Of a DNA stretch of 64,000 nt, positions 40,562 through 50,315 are shown in pieces. The DNA comes from Eubacteriales bacterium (GTDB lineage: Bacteria; Bacillota; Clostridia; Lachnospirales; Lachnospiraceae). Where the stretch lies: assembly GCA_030524715.1 (NCBI GenBank), contig JAUNGB010000020.1, positions 306 through 64,305 on the forward strand, written 5' to 3'. The notes under the pieces are model-generated. The model was not told where the DNA came from. It was given only the letters and a program-made list of their open reading frames with translations, and did no database searches. The number at the start of each line of letters is the position of its first letter. The first letter of the stretch is position 1. The position numbers and the translations under genes were made by a program.

Positions 40562-42076
40562 ATGGGTACATTTGCAGGATATATGGGAAAAATGAATATA
40601 ACGAAAGAAAAGCGGAAATGCTTTGGCAGTCAAATGATGAAGCTTTTGAACTACGGCGGAATGATGCAGTTTGAACGTGTTTCATTGTATGGCCATGATG
40701 TGATCCTGATAAGTCCGGTGGAGTTATCAGAAGAGGGCAAGGTGGATTTCTGGTATAATTACTTTGAGGAAAGCAGTTGGGAAAATGCCGGATTCCATAT
40801 GGATGACTCATATTTTTATTCAAATAAGATAGGGGGCTGTGAATTTGCAGATGTTATTCTTGCAGCGTATACGTTGTATGAAATGTATGACGAAGATCCC
40901 GGGTTTGCAGAGTGTAACGGGGAAATAATGGATCAGCGATTTTACGGCGGATGGCTAAACCATATTCTTGGAACAGAATTTACTTCGAAAAAACGGTATA
41001 ATCTCTGGGAAAATGCAGAATATATCGCCTTCAACAGAATGGATTACGATGATCCGTTTTCCAGAAACGAATTACGCTGTCTGATTCCGGATAAATTGCT
41101 CAAAGCTGCAGGTGGAACAGAATTATCAGACCTTTTATATATTATGTATGGGACTGAGAGTTTAAAAGTGGATGATATAGTACCGGCATCCTATCCGGAT
41201 GATGTATACCAGTGTAAAATGGCTTTAATAAAATTGCAGGATAACTGTGGGGAACATTTTTATGAATATCTCTTACAATTTCTTCAATTGGACAGAAATA
41301 AGAGAGAAAAAAATACGGATACAAATTTAACTGTACTTGCGAAATTGTCACTGTATCTCCCGGCGCGGGTATTTGTTTATCTTGCGGCAGAAATAAGACA
41401 AGAGCCGTTTTGGAAACGATGGAAGGAGTGGAAAGACAAAGTATATCATGACGAGCAGATGAAGCAATACGCTTCAGAAGAACTGCAGGAACAGAGGCGG
41501 GAGTGGAAAGAGCAGATTATTCCGAGGATAAAAACTGCTGAATTCCTCCGTCAGGATAGTTGGTACGCATTTTATAATACGCCGGAAGAATTAAAAAGGA
41601 AAGGGAATTACTATCTGACGGATGATGACCGGATTTTCTGGTGGGACGGTACGGACGAAGTTATTCTATCAGATGGAATGAACATCTGGCTGGAAGAACT
41701 TGCTGACAGACACCGTAAACTAATGGAACTGCCGGATGCAGGCTGTGGCAATGAATTTGAATCCATTCATTTTATAAAGGATTTTATCATTCTTCTGGAT
41801 GAAATATGCAGCTATTATAAGCGAATTTATCCTTTTAAGACAATGTTTTACGATTTTATACAAAATTCAGAAAAGAAAGAGTACAGGGCTGCTGCAGCAT
41901 TGCTTAAAATGCTTCACGAAGAAAATAAAGAAGAAGGGAAGATAATCGAATATGTAAGAGGAAACTGGGATATGGGCAACAAAAACGTGACGCAGAACAT
42001 AGCGCGTTTGCGTCTGAAGCGATATCTGAGCGTGATGACAAACCGTGGGCTCAGAAAACGTTATTTTGGGTTCTGA
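40562..42076 (+). CDS. Hypothetical protein (paralog of the upstream gene)
   Basis: 504-aa ORF 11 bp downstream; both end in R..FGF. Confidence 0.8.
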   Translation: MGTFAGYMGKMNITKEKRKCFGSQMMKLLNYGGMMQFERVSLYGHDVILISPVELSEEGKVDFWYNYFEESSWENAGFHMDDSYFYSNKIGGCEFADVILAAYTLYEMYDEDPGFAECNGEIMDQRFYGGWLNHILGTEFTSKKRYNLWENAEYIAFNRMDYDDPFSRNELRCLIPDKLLKAAGGTELSDLLYIMYGTESLKVDDIVPASYPDDVYQCKMALIKLQDNCGEHFYEYLLQFLQLDRNKREKNTDTNLTVLAKLSLYLPARVFVYLAAEIRQEPFWKRWKEWKDKVYHDEQMKQYASEELQEQRREWKEQIIPRIKTAEFLRQDSWYAFYNTPEELKRKGNYYLTDDDRIFWWDGTDEVILSDGMNIWLEELADRHRKLMELPDAGCGNEFESIHFIKDFIILLDEICSYYKRIYPFKTMFYDFIQNSEKKEYRAAAALLKMLHEENKEEGKIIEYVRGNWDMGNKNVTQNIARLRLKRYLSVMTNRGLRKRYFGF

Positions 42077-42188
42077 CCACTGGATAGCGGAAGGAAATAT
42101 TTGTTTTTGACCTGGATTTGCCCGGGGATTTGTCCGGGCACGGAGAATCCGTTGACTGAAACCATTTTGAAAAGGAGTGTGGGGACAG

Positions 42189-43880
42189 ATGGTAAAGAAG
42201 TTACCTGTTGGGGTGGAGTTTTTTGAAGATTTCTTTACAGGAAATTATTACTATGTGGATAAGACCATGTTCATAGCGGAACTTCTGCAAAACATGGGAA
42301 AAGTAAATCTTTTTACCCGCCCACGCCGGTTCGGGAAGACCCTGACCATGGATATGCTGAAATGCTTCTTTGAAATTGGAACAGATGGGAAGCTGTTTGA
42401 TGGCCTGAAAATTTCACAGGAGACAGAACTGTGTGAAGAATACATGGGGCAGTTCCCTGTGATTTCGATAACGCTGAAAAGCGTTGACGGGAGAGATTTT
42501 CAGTCTGCGGTTGCTGCATTGAAAGTTGTAATAGGAAACGAATGTCTGCGATTTCAATTATTGGGTAAAAGCGATAGACTGTCAGAAATTGAGAAGAACA
42601 GATATCAAGCCTTAGTGAATGTTGGCGCTGATGGCGATTTTACGATGAAAGAATCAGCTCTTTTATCAAGCCTGCAAACGCTGTCCCAACTCTTGTCAAA
42701 GCACTACGGCAAAAAAGTTATTCTTTTGATTGACGAATACGATGTGCCGCTGGACAAGGCATTTCAGGGTGGATATTATGATGAGATGGTGACGCTTATC
42801 AGGAACCTTTTTGGAAATGCCCTGAAGACGAATCCCGACCTCGAGTTTGCGGTCATTACCGGCTGTCTGCGCATCTCCAAGGAGAGTATTTTCACTGGCC
42901 TTAATAACCTTAACGTCATGACGATCACGGATGAGTATTTTAATGACAGCTTTGGCTTTACAGAGGATGAAGTGAGGGAACTGCTGGAATATTATGGAAG
43001 GGAAGAAGCTATCGACACGATGCGTGACTGGTATGACGGGTACCGGTTTGGCGGGGCATCCATTTACTGCCCGTGGGATGTCATCAAATATACACAGGCT
43101 CTCCGCAGGAACAGGAAGGCGTTTCCAGGCAACTATTGGGCGAACACCAGCGGGAATGACATGGTCCGGCGCTTTATTGACAAAGCTGACCAGACCACAA
43201 GGGATGAAATTGAACAGTTGATTGCCGGGGAGAGTATCCGGAAGGCTGTTTCGCAGGAATTAACATACAGAGATTTGGACAGCAGCATTGAAAACCTGTG
43301 GAGCGTCCTGCTGATGACGGGCTACCTGACTGCCACGGAACGCATTTCCGCAAAAGAATATATGCTTTCCATACCAAATGCGGAGATCAACGATTTATTC
43401 ATTACCCAGGTGAAGGAATGGTTCAAAGATACATCCAGGGCTGACCTGTCGAGAATTGAGAAATTCTGTGCGGCGTTTCCGGGCGGTGATGTAAAGCTGA
43501 TCGGAGATATGCTCTACGATTATTTGTGGGACTCGATCAGTGTGCGTGACACCGCCGTCAGAAAGGACATGAAGGAAAACTTTTATCACGGCATGGTCTT
43601 AGGATTGCTGCAAAGCCGCAGCGACTGGCTGATCCGCTCAAATGCGGAGCCTGGAAATGGTTACAGCGATATTGTAATCTGTACGCCGGACAGGGTTGGT
43701 ATTGTGATTGAGTTGAAATACGCAGACGATGGCAATCTTGAGAAGGGGTGCGCAGAGGCATTGGAACAGATTGAGGACAGAAAATACGCTGTTGGCCTGA
43801 GACAGCGAAGAATGAACAAAATCATAAAATACGGCATGGCTTTCTGTGGGAAAGAATGCATGGTAGTCATGGCCGACTAA
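42189..43880 (+). CDS. AAA-ATPase-like plus PD-(D/E)XK nuclease protein
   Basis: YYVDKT, RPRRFGKT (Walker A), LIDEYD (Walker B), KESIFTGLNN, SN.E.G.GYSD, IELKY and A..QI...Y motifs. Confidence 0.9.
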   Translation: MVKKLPVGVEFFEDFFTGNYYYVDKTMFIAELLQNMGKVNLFTRPRRFGKTLTMDMLKCFFEIGTDGKLFDGLKISQETELCEEYMGQFPVISITLKSVDGRDFQSAVAALKVVIGNECLRFQLLGKSDRLSEIEKNRYQALVNVGADGDFTMKESALLSSLQTLSQLLSKHYGKKVILLIDEYDVPLDKAFQGGYYDEMVTLIRNLFGNALKTNPDLEFAVITGCLRISKESIFTGLNNLNVMTITDEYFNDSFGFTEDEVRELLEYYGREEAIDTMRDWYDGYRFGGASIYCPWDVIKYTQALRRNRKAFPGNYWANTSGNDMVRRFIDKADQTTRDEIEQLIAGESIRKAVSQELTYRDLDSSIENLWSVLLMTGYLTATERISAKEYMLSIPNAEINDLFITQVKEWFKDTSRADLSRIEKFCAAFPGGDVKLIGDMLYDYLWDSISVRDTAVRKDMKENFYHGMVLGLLQSRSDWLIRSNAEPGNGYSDIVICTPDRVGIVIELKYADDGNLEKGCAEALEQIEDRKYAVGLRQRRMNKIIKYGMAFCGKECMVVMAD

Positions 43881-44050
43881 AGCAACCTGACTTATTATCG
43901 GGATTCCAATAAAAAGAGATTGATGACAAAAACTGTTTTATTTCCTGTGATTTAACCTGAAAAAGCGGCCAGAAATGGCTGCTTTAGTTGTTAGTTTGAG
44001 AAAATCTGTTGGAAGTGCTATAAGGTGAAACAGAAAACGAGTTTTGAGTG

Positions 44051-44150
44051 CCCAGTTTTGACGTTTTTTCGCCCAGCTTTGCAGAAACACTGAAAATAGA
44101 AAAAGATTCTGCTATAATGCAGGCATTAATGTAAGGCATTATAGCAGAAT
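44051..44150 (+). promoter_or_regulatory. LytTR (VirR-box-like) promoter, copy 2
   Basis: CCCAG boxes at 44051 and 44072; CTGAAA-17 bp-TATAAT; inverted repeat 44106-44150. Confidence 0.75.
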
Positions 44151-44193
44151 GATTATGAGGTGTTATAAGTCTGAAAAAGAAGGGAGAAACGAA

Positions 44194-47100
44194 ATGAAAG
44201 AAAAAGAATTTGTGAAAAAGAGACGGCAGCTTTTGAGCGCGGCGTTATCAGCATGCCTGATGCTCACAGCAGCTCCGGCACCTGCATTTGCCAGCGGGGG
44301 GGGGCAAAATGAAATTTTCGTAACGCAGGTATTGGATGCGTCGGAAGAAACAGAATGGCAGGAGACAGTGGAGATATCTGCATTTTCTGACGGAAGCGAG
44401 GCGGAATCGTGTACAGATTCTTTACCATTTCTAAGTAATCCTGAAGAGGCTGAGGAAAGCGAAGCTGCGGGGGATTATTATGGTGATGGGACAGACGATA
44501 TTAACCAATATGAGGCGCAAATTGGAGAAAATAAATATTCAACATTGGAAGATGCATGGAAAGCAGCGGGAGATATACTAAAAAAACAAGACACGGTGTC
44601 GGAAGATAATCCGGTGGTAATTACTTTGCTGAAAGATTGTACAATTGAAGAAAGTCTGAAATTGCAGGATTCGACATCTTCAAGGCCGGCGATTATTTAT
44701 AAAGGGTATATTAAAATCACAAGCGAAGCAGGACAAGATGCAAAAACCATTAAGCGTGGAAAATCATTCGGTACAAACAATAATGCGTATATGATTTATC
44801 TATCAAGCGAAGCCAGTGGACTTATATTGGAAAATATTGTTCTTGATGGTAATAAAGAGGAAGGCTATACAGGAGGCGGAATTAAGATAAACAAAGGAAG
44901 CGCCCGGATTGGCAGCGGCACAGTTATCCGTAACAATAATAACTTTTCCAGTGGCTCCGGCATTTTTGTGGGAAATGATGCAAAAGTTGAAATGACTGGT
45001 GGAAGTATTGAAGAAAATCAGTGCAGTGGAGATTATCGATATGGAGGCGGTATCTACGTTGATGGCGATGCTGAATTCACTATGACAGGCGGCATAATTA
45101 AGAATAACAGTTCATACAAGGGCGGTGGAATCGGTATTTCAAACAATCAGACAAAAAAGGTTCTGTTAACAGGAGGAGAGATATCAGGTAACTCTGCAAA
45201 ATATGATTCAGAACAGCAAATATGGGTAAGCAATAGTATACTTGGGATGGGAGGCAGTATTTCTGTTTCTGGTAACATTGAATTATCATATTTCGGAAAT
45301 AATAACGGTAAGATTATGCTGGTGTCTCCTTTAGAAAACAACTTGAAGTTGAAATTTGAGGCGGTTTCTATCGATTTGGGTACTACTGTAGTAATAAAGG
45401 GAGAGGATTACAGTGGAGATTTGGATGCAAGTAAATTTACACTGGAAGGTATATCGGATAGAGGATTAGCTGTTTCCGGAGATGGGCAAAGTATTATAGC
45501 ATCTACTGCCGATGTTCAATATACGATATCAGTCCAGACTTCAGAGGGTATGGGACTTATTTCAGGAATATATGATAGAACTTTAAAGGCCGGAAAAGAT
45601 TATAAGGAAACACTGAAATTTTCAGATGAGTATGCTGAAAATTATGTATTTCCAGCCGATGAGGATGATTGGAAGATCGATGGTGGTGATAATTCGGGAA
45701 AAATGAGTATTAAATCAGATGATGATTATGATACAGTGGAACTTACATTGTCCGGATATAAATCAAGCCTGGTGGTTGTTGCATATGCTGAGGAAAAAAT
45801 CGCTGGACCGAAAGCATCTGTTGTTTCTGTTAATTATCTGGATGGAACTCTTACATATGACGATACAGTCTATGAAGTATATAAGGATAAGCAAAAGAAT
45901 GAAAAAGTCGAAAGTGACAGTAATATTTCAGAATTGATTCAGGCAGACAAAGAAGCTGTTACTGTCTATGTCCGCACAAAAAGAACGGAAGAGGAAGTAC
46001 AATCAAAGTGGACTGCTGTTACGATTCAGCCGCGGGCAGATTATTCAGCCGTGTATGCTGCACTTGAAAAAGCTCAGACTTATAATCTCGACCTTTACAC
46101 TGATGATACAGTAAAGAAATTAAAGGATGCAATAACAGTGGTAGACAGGGGGAAGAATAAAACTGAACAGGATGCTGTAAATGCTATGGCAAAGGCTATT
46201 GAAGATGCTATAGAAGGACTGGAATATCGTGAAGCAGATTACTCGGCAGTGGATGCTGCTCTTAAAAAGGTTCCAACTAATCTTAACCTTTATACTGCCG
46301 AGACAGTAAAGAAATTAAGGGATGCCATAAAAGCAGTAGTTCGCGGCAAAAAAATTACGGAACAGGCGAAAGTAGATGCTATGGCACAGGCCATTGAAAC
46401 CGCAATAAAGAATTTGCAGGAAGAATATATTTATATCCCAACACCGGAACCGACGGCAACGCCAACGCCGAAACCTTTGCCGGAAAATGTACCGGACGGC
46501 TCCAAATGGGACGGGGATAATATTGTAACCCCTGACGGGACGGTAATCAAGCCTGATGGAACAATTGTTCTGCCGGATGGAGCGGAAGTGAAACCGGAGG
46601 CGGATGGAACGAAGCCTTCGATCAATAAGGATGGAACCGTTACAGATACCAACGGAACGACCATTGATAAAGACGGCACGATTATCCTGCCGGGGGAAAA
46701 CTTGGATTCCACAGAGGACGATACCAGAATCGAGCAGGGAGAGGGAACAAAGAAGCCGATTTATAACCCAGAATCAGGAAGCGTTACTACGGAAGAAGGT
46801 AATAAGGTAACGCAGCCGGGCGGAAACCAGGTTAACCCACCGGCAGGTTCTGTGGTAGAAATTGACGGAACCATTAAGGAACCGGACGGAACAGTTGTCA
46901 CGCCGGACGGAACAACGACAAAGCCGGATGGAACGGTTATTACACCGGATGGAACAACGACAAAGCCGGACGGAACGGTCATTGCGCCTGACGGAACAAC
47001 GACAAAACCTGACGGAACGGTTATAGACCCGGATGGCACTGTCCATAATACGGACGGCAGCATCCAGTCTTCTGACGGAACGTATCTGTGTCCCGCGACT

Positions 47101-47712
47101 CCATGGCTGGAAAGCGCGGAAGTATACAATACCGGAAACCAAGTAAAAGCAATCTTGTCAGGCCCGGCGGCAGGCGCGCAGGGATATGATTATGTGATCA
47201 GTGAAAATATCAACTGCATCAAAGACAAGGATTATCTTGCTGTCAGCAAGAATATTCTTCTGACGGAGACAGATTTCCGTTACATTCCGGCAGGAACCTA
47301 TTACGTATACTGCCATGCGTGGATACGCGGTGCGGACGGCAAGAAAATATTCGGAAACTGGTCAAATTATAAAACTGTTACAGTAACGGCCATTACCCCG
47401 CAGACGCCTGTGATCAGGAGCGTAAAGGTAAAAGGAAATACGGTAACGGTAACATATAGCCAGTGTGAAGACGCATCAGGCTATGATATTGTTCTTGGAA
47501 ATGCGGCAAAGAAGGTCTATAACGAAAAACGTCCGGTAGATTACGGTACAAAGGTGAAGAAGATCAAAAACGGCAATACCGTAACCGCTGTGTTTAGAAA
47601 TGTGGAACCGGGAATATATTATGTTGGTCTTCATGCATGGAACCGAACCAGTGAAGACGGCAAAAAGGTATTCAGTCCATGGTCCAATGTGAAAAAAATA
47701 AAAGTAAAATAA
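44194..47712 (+). CDS. Large secreted surface protein B (GGG-rich beta-helix-like repeats, FIVAR/GA-like helical repeats, PDG repeats, FN3-like C-terminus); G9 tract in frame
   Basis: Signal peptide, N..GGGIY repeats, two ADYSAV..AL...YT..T...L..AI repeats, C-terminus shared with protein A. Confidence 0.88.
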   Translation: MKEKEFVKKRRQLLSAALSACLMLTAAPAPAFASGGGQNEIFVTQVLDASEETEWQETVEISAFSDGSEAESCTDSLPFLSNPEEAEESEAAGDYYGDGTDDINQYEAQIGENKYSTLEDAWKAAGDILKKQDTVSEDNPVVITLLKDCTIEESLKLQDSTSSRPAIIYKGYIKITSEAGQDAKTIKRGKSFGTNNNAYMIYLSSEASGLILENIVLDGNKEEGYTGGGIKINKGSARIGSGTVIRNNNNFSSGSGIFVGNDAKVEMTGGSIEENQCSGDYRYGGGIYVDGDAEFTMTGGIIKNNSSYKGGGIGISNNQTKKVLLTGGEISGNSAKYDSEQQIWVSNSILGMGGSISVSGNIELSYFGNNNGKIMLVSPLENNLKLKFEAVSIDLGTTVVIKGEDYSGDLDASKFTLEGISDRGLAVSGDGQSIIASTADVQYTISVQTSEGMGLISGIYDRTLKAGKDYKETLKFSDEYAENYVFPADEDDWKIDGGDNSGKMSIKSDDDYDTVELTLSGYKSSLVVVAYAEEKIAGPKASVVSVNYLDGTLTYDDTVYEVYKDKQKNEKVESDSNISELIQADKEAVTVYVRTKRTEEEVQSKWTAVTIQPRADYSAVYAALEKAQTYNLDLYTDDTVKKLKDAITVVDRGKNKTEQDAVNAMAKAIEDAIEGLEYREADYSAVDAALKKVPTNLNLYTAETVKKLRDAIKAVVRGKKITEQAKVDAMAQAIETAIKNLQEEYIYIPTPEPTATPTPKPLPENVPDGSKWDGDNIVTPDGTVIKPDGTIVLPDGAEVKPEADGTKPSINKDGTVTDTNGTTIDKDGTIILPGENLDSTEDDTRIEQGEGTKKPIYNPESGSVTTEEGNKVTQPGGNQVNPPAGSVVEIDGTIKEPDGTVVTPDGTTTKPDGTVITPDGTTTKPDGTVIAPDGTTTKPDGTVIDPDGTVHNTDGSIQSSDGTYLCPATPWLESAEVYNTGNQVKAILSGPAAGAQGYDYVISENINCIKDKDYLAVSKNILLTETDFRYIPAGTYYVYCHAWIRGADGKKIFGNWSNYKTVTVTAITPQTPVIRSVKVKGNTVTVTYSQCEDASGYDIVLGNAAKKVYNEKRPVDYGTKVKKIKNGNTVTAVFRNVEPGIYYVGLHAWNRTSEDGKKVFSPWSNVKKIKVK

Positions 47713-47756
47713 AATGCTCGTACAGGCAGGCATCCGGGTTTCCGGATGCCTGCTTA

Positions 47757-47910
47757 AATTAATATCATAATTATATTGACACCAAAGTGAAACAGGATGA
47801 GGAGGTGTTACTGGAATATATGAAAATTTTTGAACATGAAGAAATACTCATCAGGCAGCGCCGCAAAGAAGAACAGGCATCAGCCTCCCCCCCGAGTTTG
47901 GAAAAATTAA
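47757..47910 (+). pseudogene. Doubly deleted Rpn locus remnant
   Basis: Upstream segment matching 50108-50144 fused to a segment matching 50950-51034 and then to post-stop sequence matching about 51220. Confidence 0.8.
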
Positions 47911-47914
47911 AATT

Positions 47915-48014
47915 CCCAGTTTTGACGTTTTTTCGCCCAGCTTTGCAGAAACACTGAAAATAGAAAAAGATTCTGCTATAATGTAACCATTAATGTAAGA
48001 CATTATAGCAGAAT
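47915..48014 (+). promoter_or_regulatory. LytTR (VirR-box-like) promoter, copy 3
   Basis: CCCAG boxes at 47915 and 47936; TATAAT 47977; inverted repeat 47970-48014. Confidence 0.75.
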
Positions 48015-48054
48015 AACTATGAAGTGTTATAAGTCTGGAAAGGGAGAAAATCAT

Positions 48055-48975
48055 ATGAAAAACAAGAACATGAAGAATATCACAGCGGCATTTCTTTTTG
48101 CTGTTCTGCTGGTGAATCCGGCGGAAGGCGTTTCCAAACAGCTTATTGTAAAGGCGGAATCGGATGCAGATGTACTGGACAATTTTATGGAGGCGCACAA
48201 AATCAGCTCCATTCTGGAACAGCATGATAATGTGGCGTTAAATGTCATTTATTATGACCCGGAGGGGAATGTGGAAACATCTGTTTATCAATATGCGGAT
48301 AACGAAACCATTGTGTTGGAGAACGACGATTCCTATCTGGATATTCAGTATCGGGATGGTTATTATCTTTATGATCCGGATACTGACGACAAGGTGCAGG
48401 CCGTTTTCGGAATGGAAGGTGTGGCTGAGACGCAGTGGGAAGAGCGTATGAACAACGGTTTTTCATTTGATTATACTGAGGATGAGGATGATGAGATTTT
48501 GGAATTAACAGAGTCTGAAAACCGTATTATTCTTAAAGTTGCGTCGGAAGCAGATCCGGAGTACTATCCAGGTTGGGAAGATGAAATTGAAGCCGATACC
48601 CGGAGTGTCTATGAATTGGAGCTGGATTCTGAAACATATATGGTCTATGAAGCGGTGTCTTATCTGAAAAAAGCGGACGGGACAGAGCTGAAGGAGGCAG
48701 AATATCATTTTTCTTATGACGTTGCGCCGTATGAACCGTCCGAAGAAATGCTTCAGGTGATAAACGGCACGGATAATGTTGTTACATTGATTGCAGATCC
48801 GGGTACTGAGCAGGAAAAAACATATGTGAAATCCTGCGGCGAGAATGGCAGGCTGGCTGTTATGCTGGCAGACGGATATGAGAATATCTATGAGGACGAA
48901 GCATGTACCCGGGTACGGGAGGAATCTGAGGAAACCGGCGAAAGAACCGTTTATACAAAGAAAGAATCAGAATGA
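48055..48975 (+). CDS. Secreted acidic hypothetical protein
   Basis: Basic N-terminus plus hydrophobic signal; D/E-rich mature part. Confidence 0.8.
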   Translation: MKNKNMKNITAAFLFAVLLVNPAEGVSKQLIVKAESDADVLDNFMEAHKISSILEQHDNVALNVIYYDPEGNVETSVYQYADNETIVLENDDSYLDIQYRDGYYLYDPDTDDKVQAVFGMEGVAETQWEERMNNGFSFDYTEDEDDEILELTESENRIILKVASEADPEYYPGWEDEIEADTRSVYELELDSETYMVYEAVSYLKKADGTELKEAEYHFSYDVAPYEPSEEMLQVINGTDNVVTLIADPGTEQEKTYVKSCGENGRLAVMLADGYENIYEDEACTRVREESEETGERTVYTKKESE

Positions 48976-48989
48976 ACTTTATAGAATTT

Positions 48990-49052
48990 GCAGGGATTCG
49001 GGTCAGCTACGCTGACCCGAATCCCGCACCAAGACTCGCAAGCGAGTCTTGA
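48990..49052. terminator. Tandem strong hairpins between convergent genes
   Basis: GGGATTCGGGTCAGC-TAC-GCTGACCCGAATCCC and CAAGACTCGC-AA-GCGAGTCTTG. Confidence 0.7.
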
Positions 49053-49143
49053 ATAAAATTACTTCTTATAGACTATACAAAGGTGTGTGCTTATTTTTAA
49101 AGTACTCATTACATAAAAATTACATCGGCGTTGACATTTCCGC

Positions 49144-49695
49144 TCAGTCATTTCTATATTTTTTCTTCAATTTTCGCAGTTTCAAACCACAGTAAATAAG
49201 GAGATAAAGGTATAGCACCGTTAAAACGGCAAATAGCACCGTGAATACGTTTGCAAACGGGTCACTGGTTTCTGCGCTTCTGATAAAATTAGGAAGTACG
49301 CAGCAGAGGAAAATCAGCATAATCGGCAGCAAACGGGTTTTTATTACATGGTTAATCAAATCAAGTCTTGATTCGTTGTCAGAGAAAATTTCTCCATCCT
49401 GTTCGGAATTTGTTTCTGATAACGGCTTGCGGAAATATAACCATCCAACGCACCGACCAATGTATTTCCACCCATAATCACTGAAAATCTGAAAATAGTT
49501 AGGGGTTTCCGCATTATTTTTATAGTCTAATCGGTACGCCATATCTTCCGGCGTACATTTCTCAAAAATATAAAAGCATGGCGGAATCATTTTCGATAGT
49601 TTCCATCCTCCTTTATGTTGATTGTGCAGCCAAACCTCTTCCTCTTCATAATCCGCAATAGTAAAAAAGCGTATTACCGTTTTTCTGTTATCCAT
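49144..49695 (-). CDS. DUF2812-like membrane protein
   Basis: EEEVWL....GWKL, Y.FEK..P....YRLDY, F.DYGW.Y and W.YFRK motifs with C-terminal TM helices; follows PadR. Confidence 0.8.
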   Translation of the reverse strand: MDNRKTVIRFFTIADYEEEEVWLHNQHKGGWKLSKMIPPCFYIFEKCTPEDMAYRLDYKNNAETPNYFQIFSDYGWKYIGRCVGWLYFRKPLSETNSEQDGEIFSDNESRLDLINHVIKTRLLPIMLIFLCCVLPNFIRSAETSDPFANVFTVLFAVLTVLYLYLLIYCGLKLRKLKKKYRND

Positions 49696-50011
49696 TTATT
49701 TCTTCTCCCTTACTGTTTTTATACAAACGCTCTATCCGATTAATTTCAAGATTTAAGATTTCTTTCCCAAGTTCAGTAATCCGATAAAGCTTTCTTTTCT
49801 CTTCCTCTTTTTCAAAAGCAATCAGCCCATCTTTTTCCATTTTAGAAAGCGTTCCGTACATCGTACCCGCACTGATGATTAACTCTCCGCCTGTCATTTG
49901 TCTGACCTGTTGGCCGATTCCATAGCCATGCTGCGGTTGTTGAAGGCAAAACAAAATATAAAATCCACTTTCCGTCATAGGCACATAAATCCGTTTAATT
50001 TTACTGTCCAT
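49688..50011 (-). CDS. PadR family transcriptional regulator
   Basis: PMTESGFYIL..L..PQHGYGI...GTMYGTLSKM...RK.Y.IT..G. Confidence 0.9.
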   Translation of the reverse strand: MDSKIKRIYVPMTESGFYILFCLQQPQHGYGIGQQVRQMTGGELIISAGTMYGTLSKMEKDGLIAFEKEEEKRKLYRITELGKEILNLEINRIERLYKNSKGEEING

Positions 50012-50029
50012 AGGCATCCTCACTATTTC

Positions 50030-50069
50030 ACTTCGATATATCGAGCCTCTATCTATAATATATCGAAGT
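50030..50069. promoter_or_regulatory. Probable PadR operator
   Basis: Inverted repeat ACTTCGATATA...TATATCGAAGT directly upstream of padR. Confidence 0.55.
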
Positions 50070-50315
50070 TCAATGTAATTGTCAAGAGGTTTGGGTAAAC
50101 AACCTTGAATTAATATCATAATTATATTGACACCAAAGTGAAACATTGCTAGAATAAAATTACATATCTGGGAGTACTCTATGCCATTCGGTAAACCATT
50201 CCCCATATGACAACAATCTAAATATGGCGGAAGGCGTTACAGTATTGGAAAGAGTCTAAATGATTTTCAGTAGTATATGTTTCTGCTTTCCGCAATTCAG
50301 GAAAGGAGAAATTAT

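Noticed and set aside
35867-47740. Diversity-generating retroelement template/variable repeat pair
   Set aside because: No reverse transcriptase in the window and the differences look mostly synonymous rather than adenine-specific
33444-48014. Shufflon or invertase system
   Set aside because: No recombinase gene is visible and all cassettes are co-oriented; kept only as one hypothesis for the palindrome
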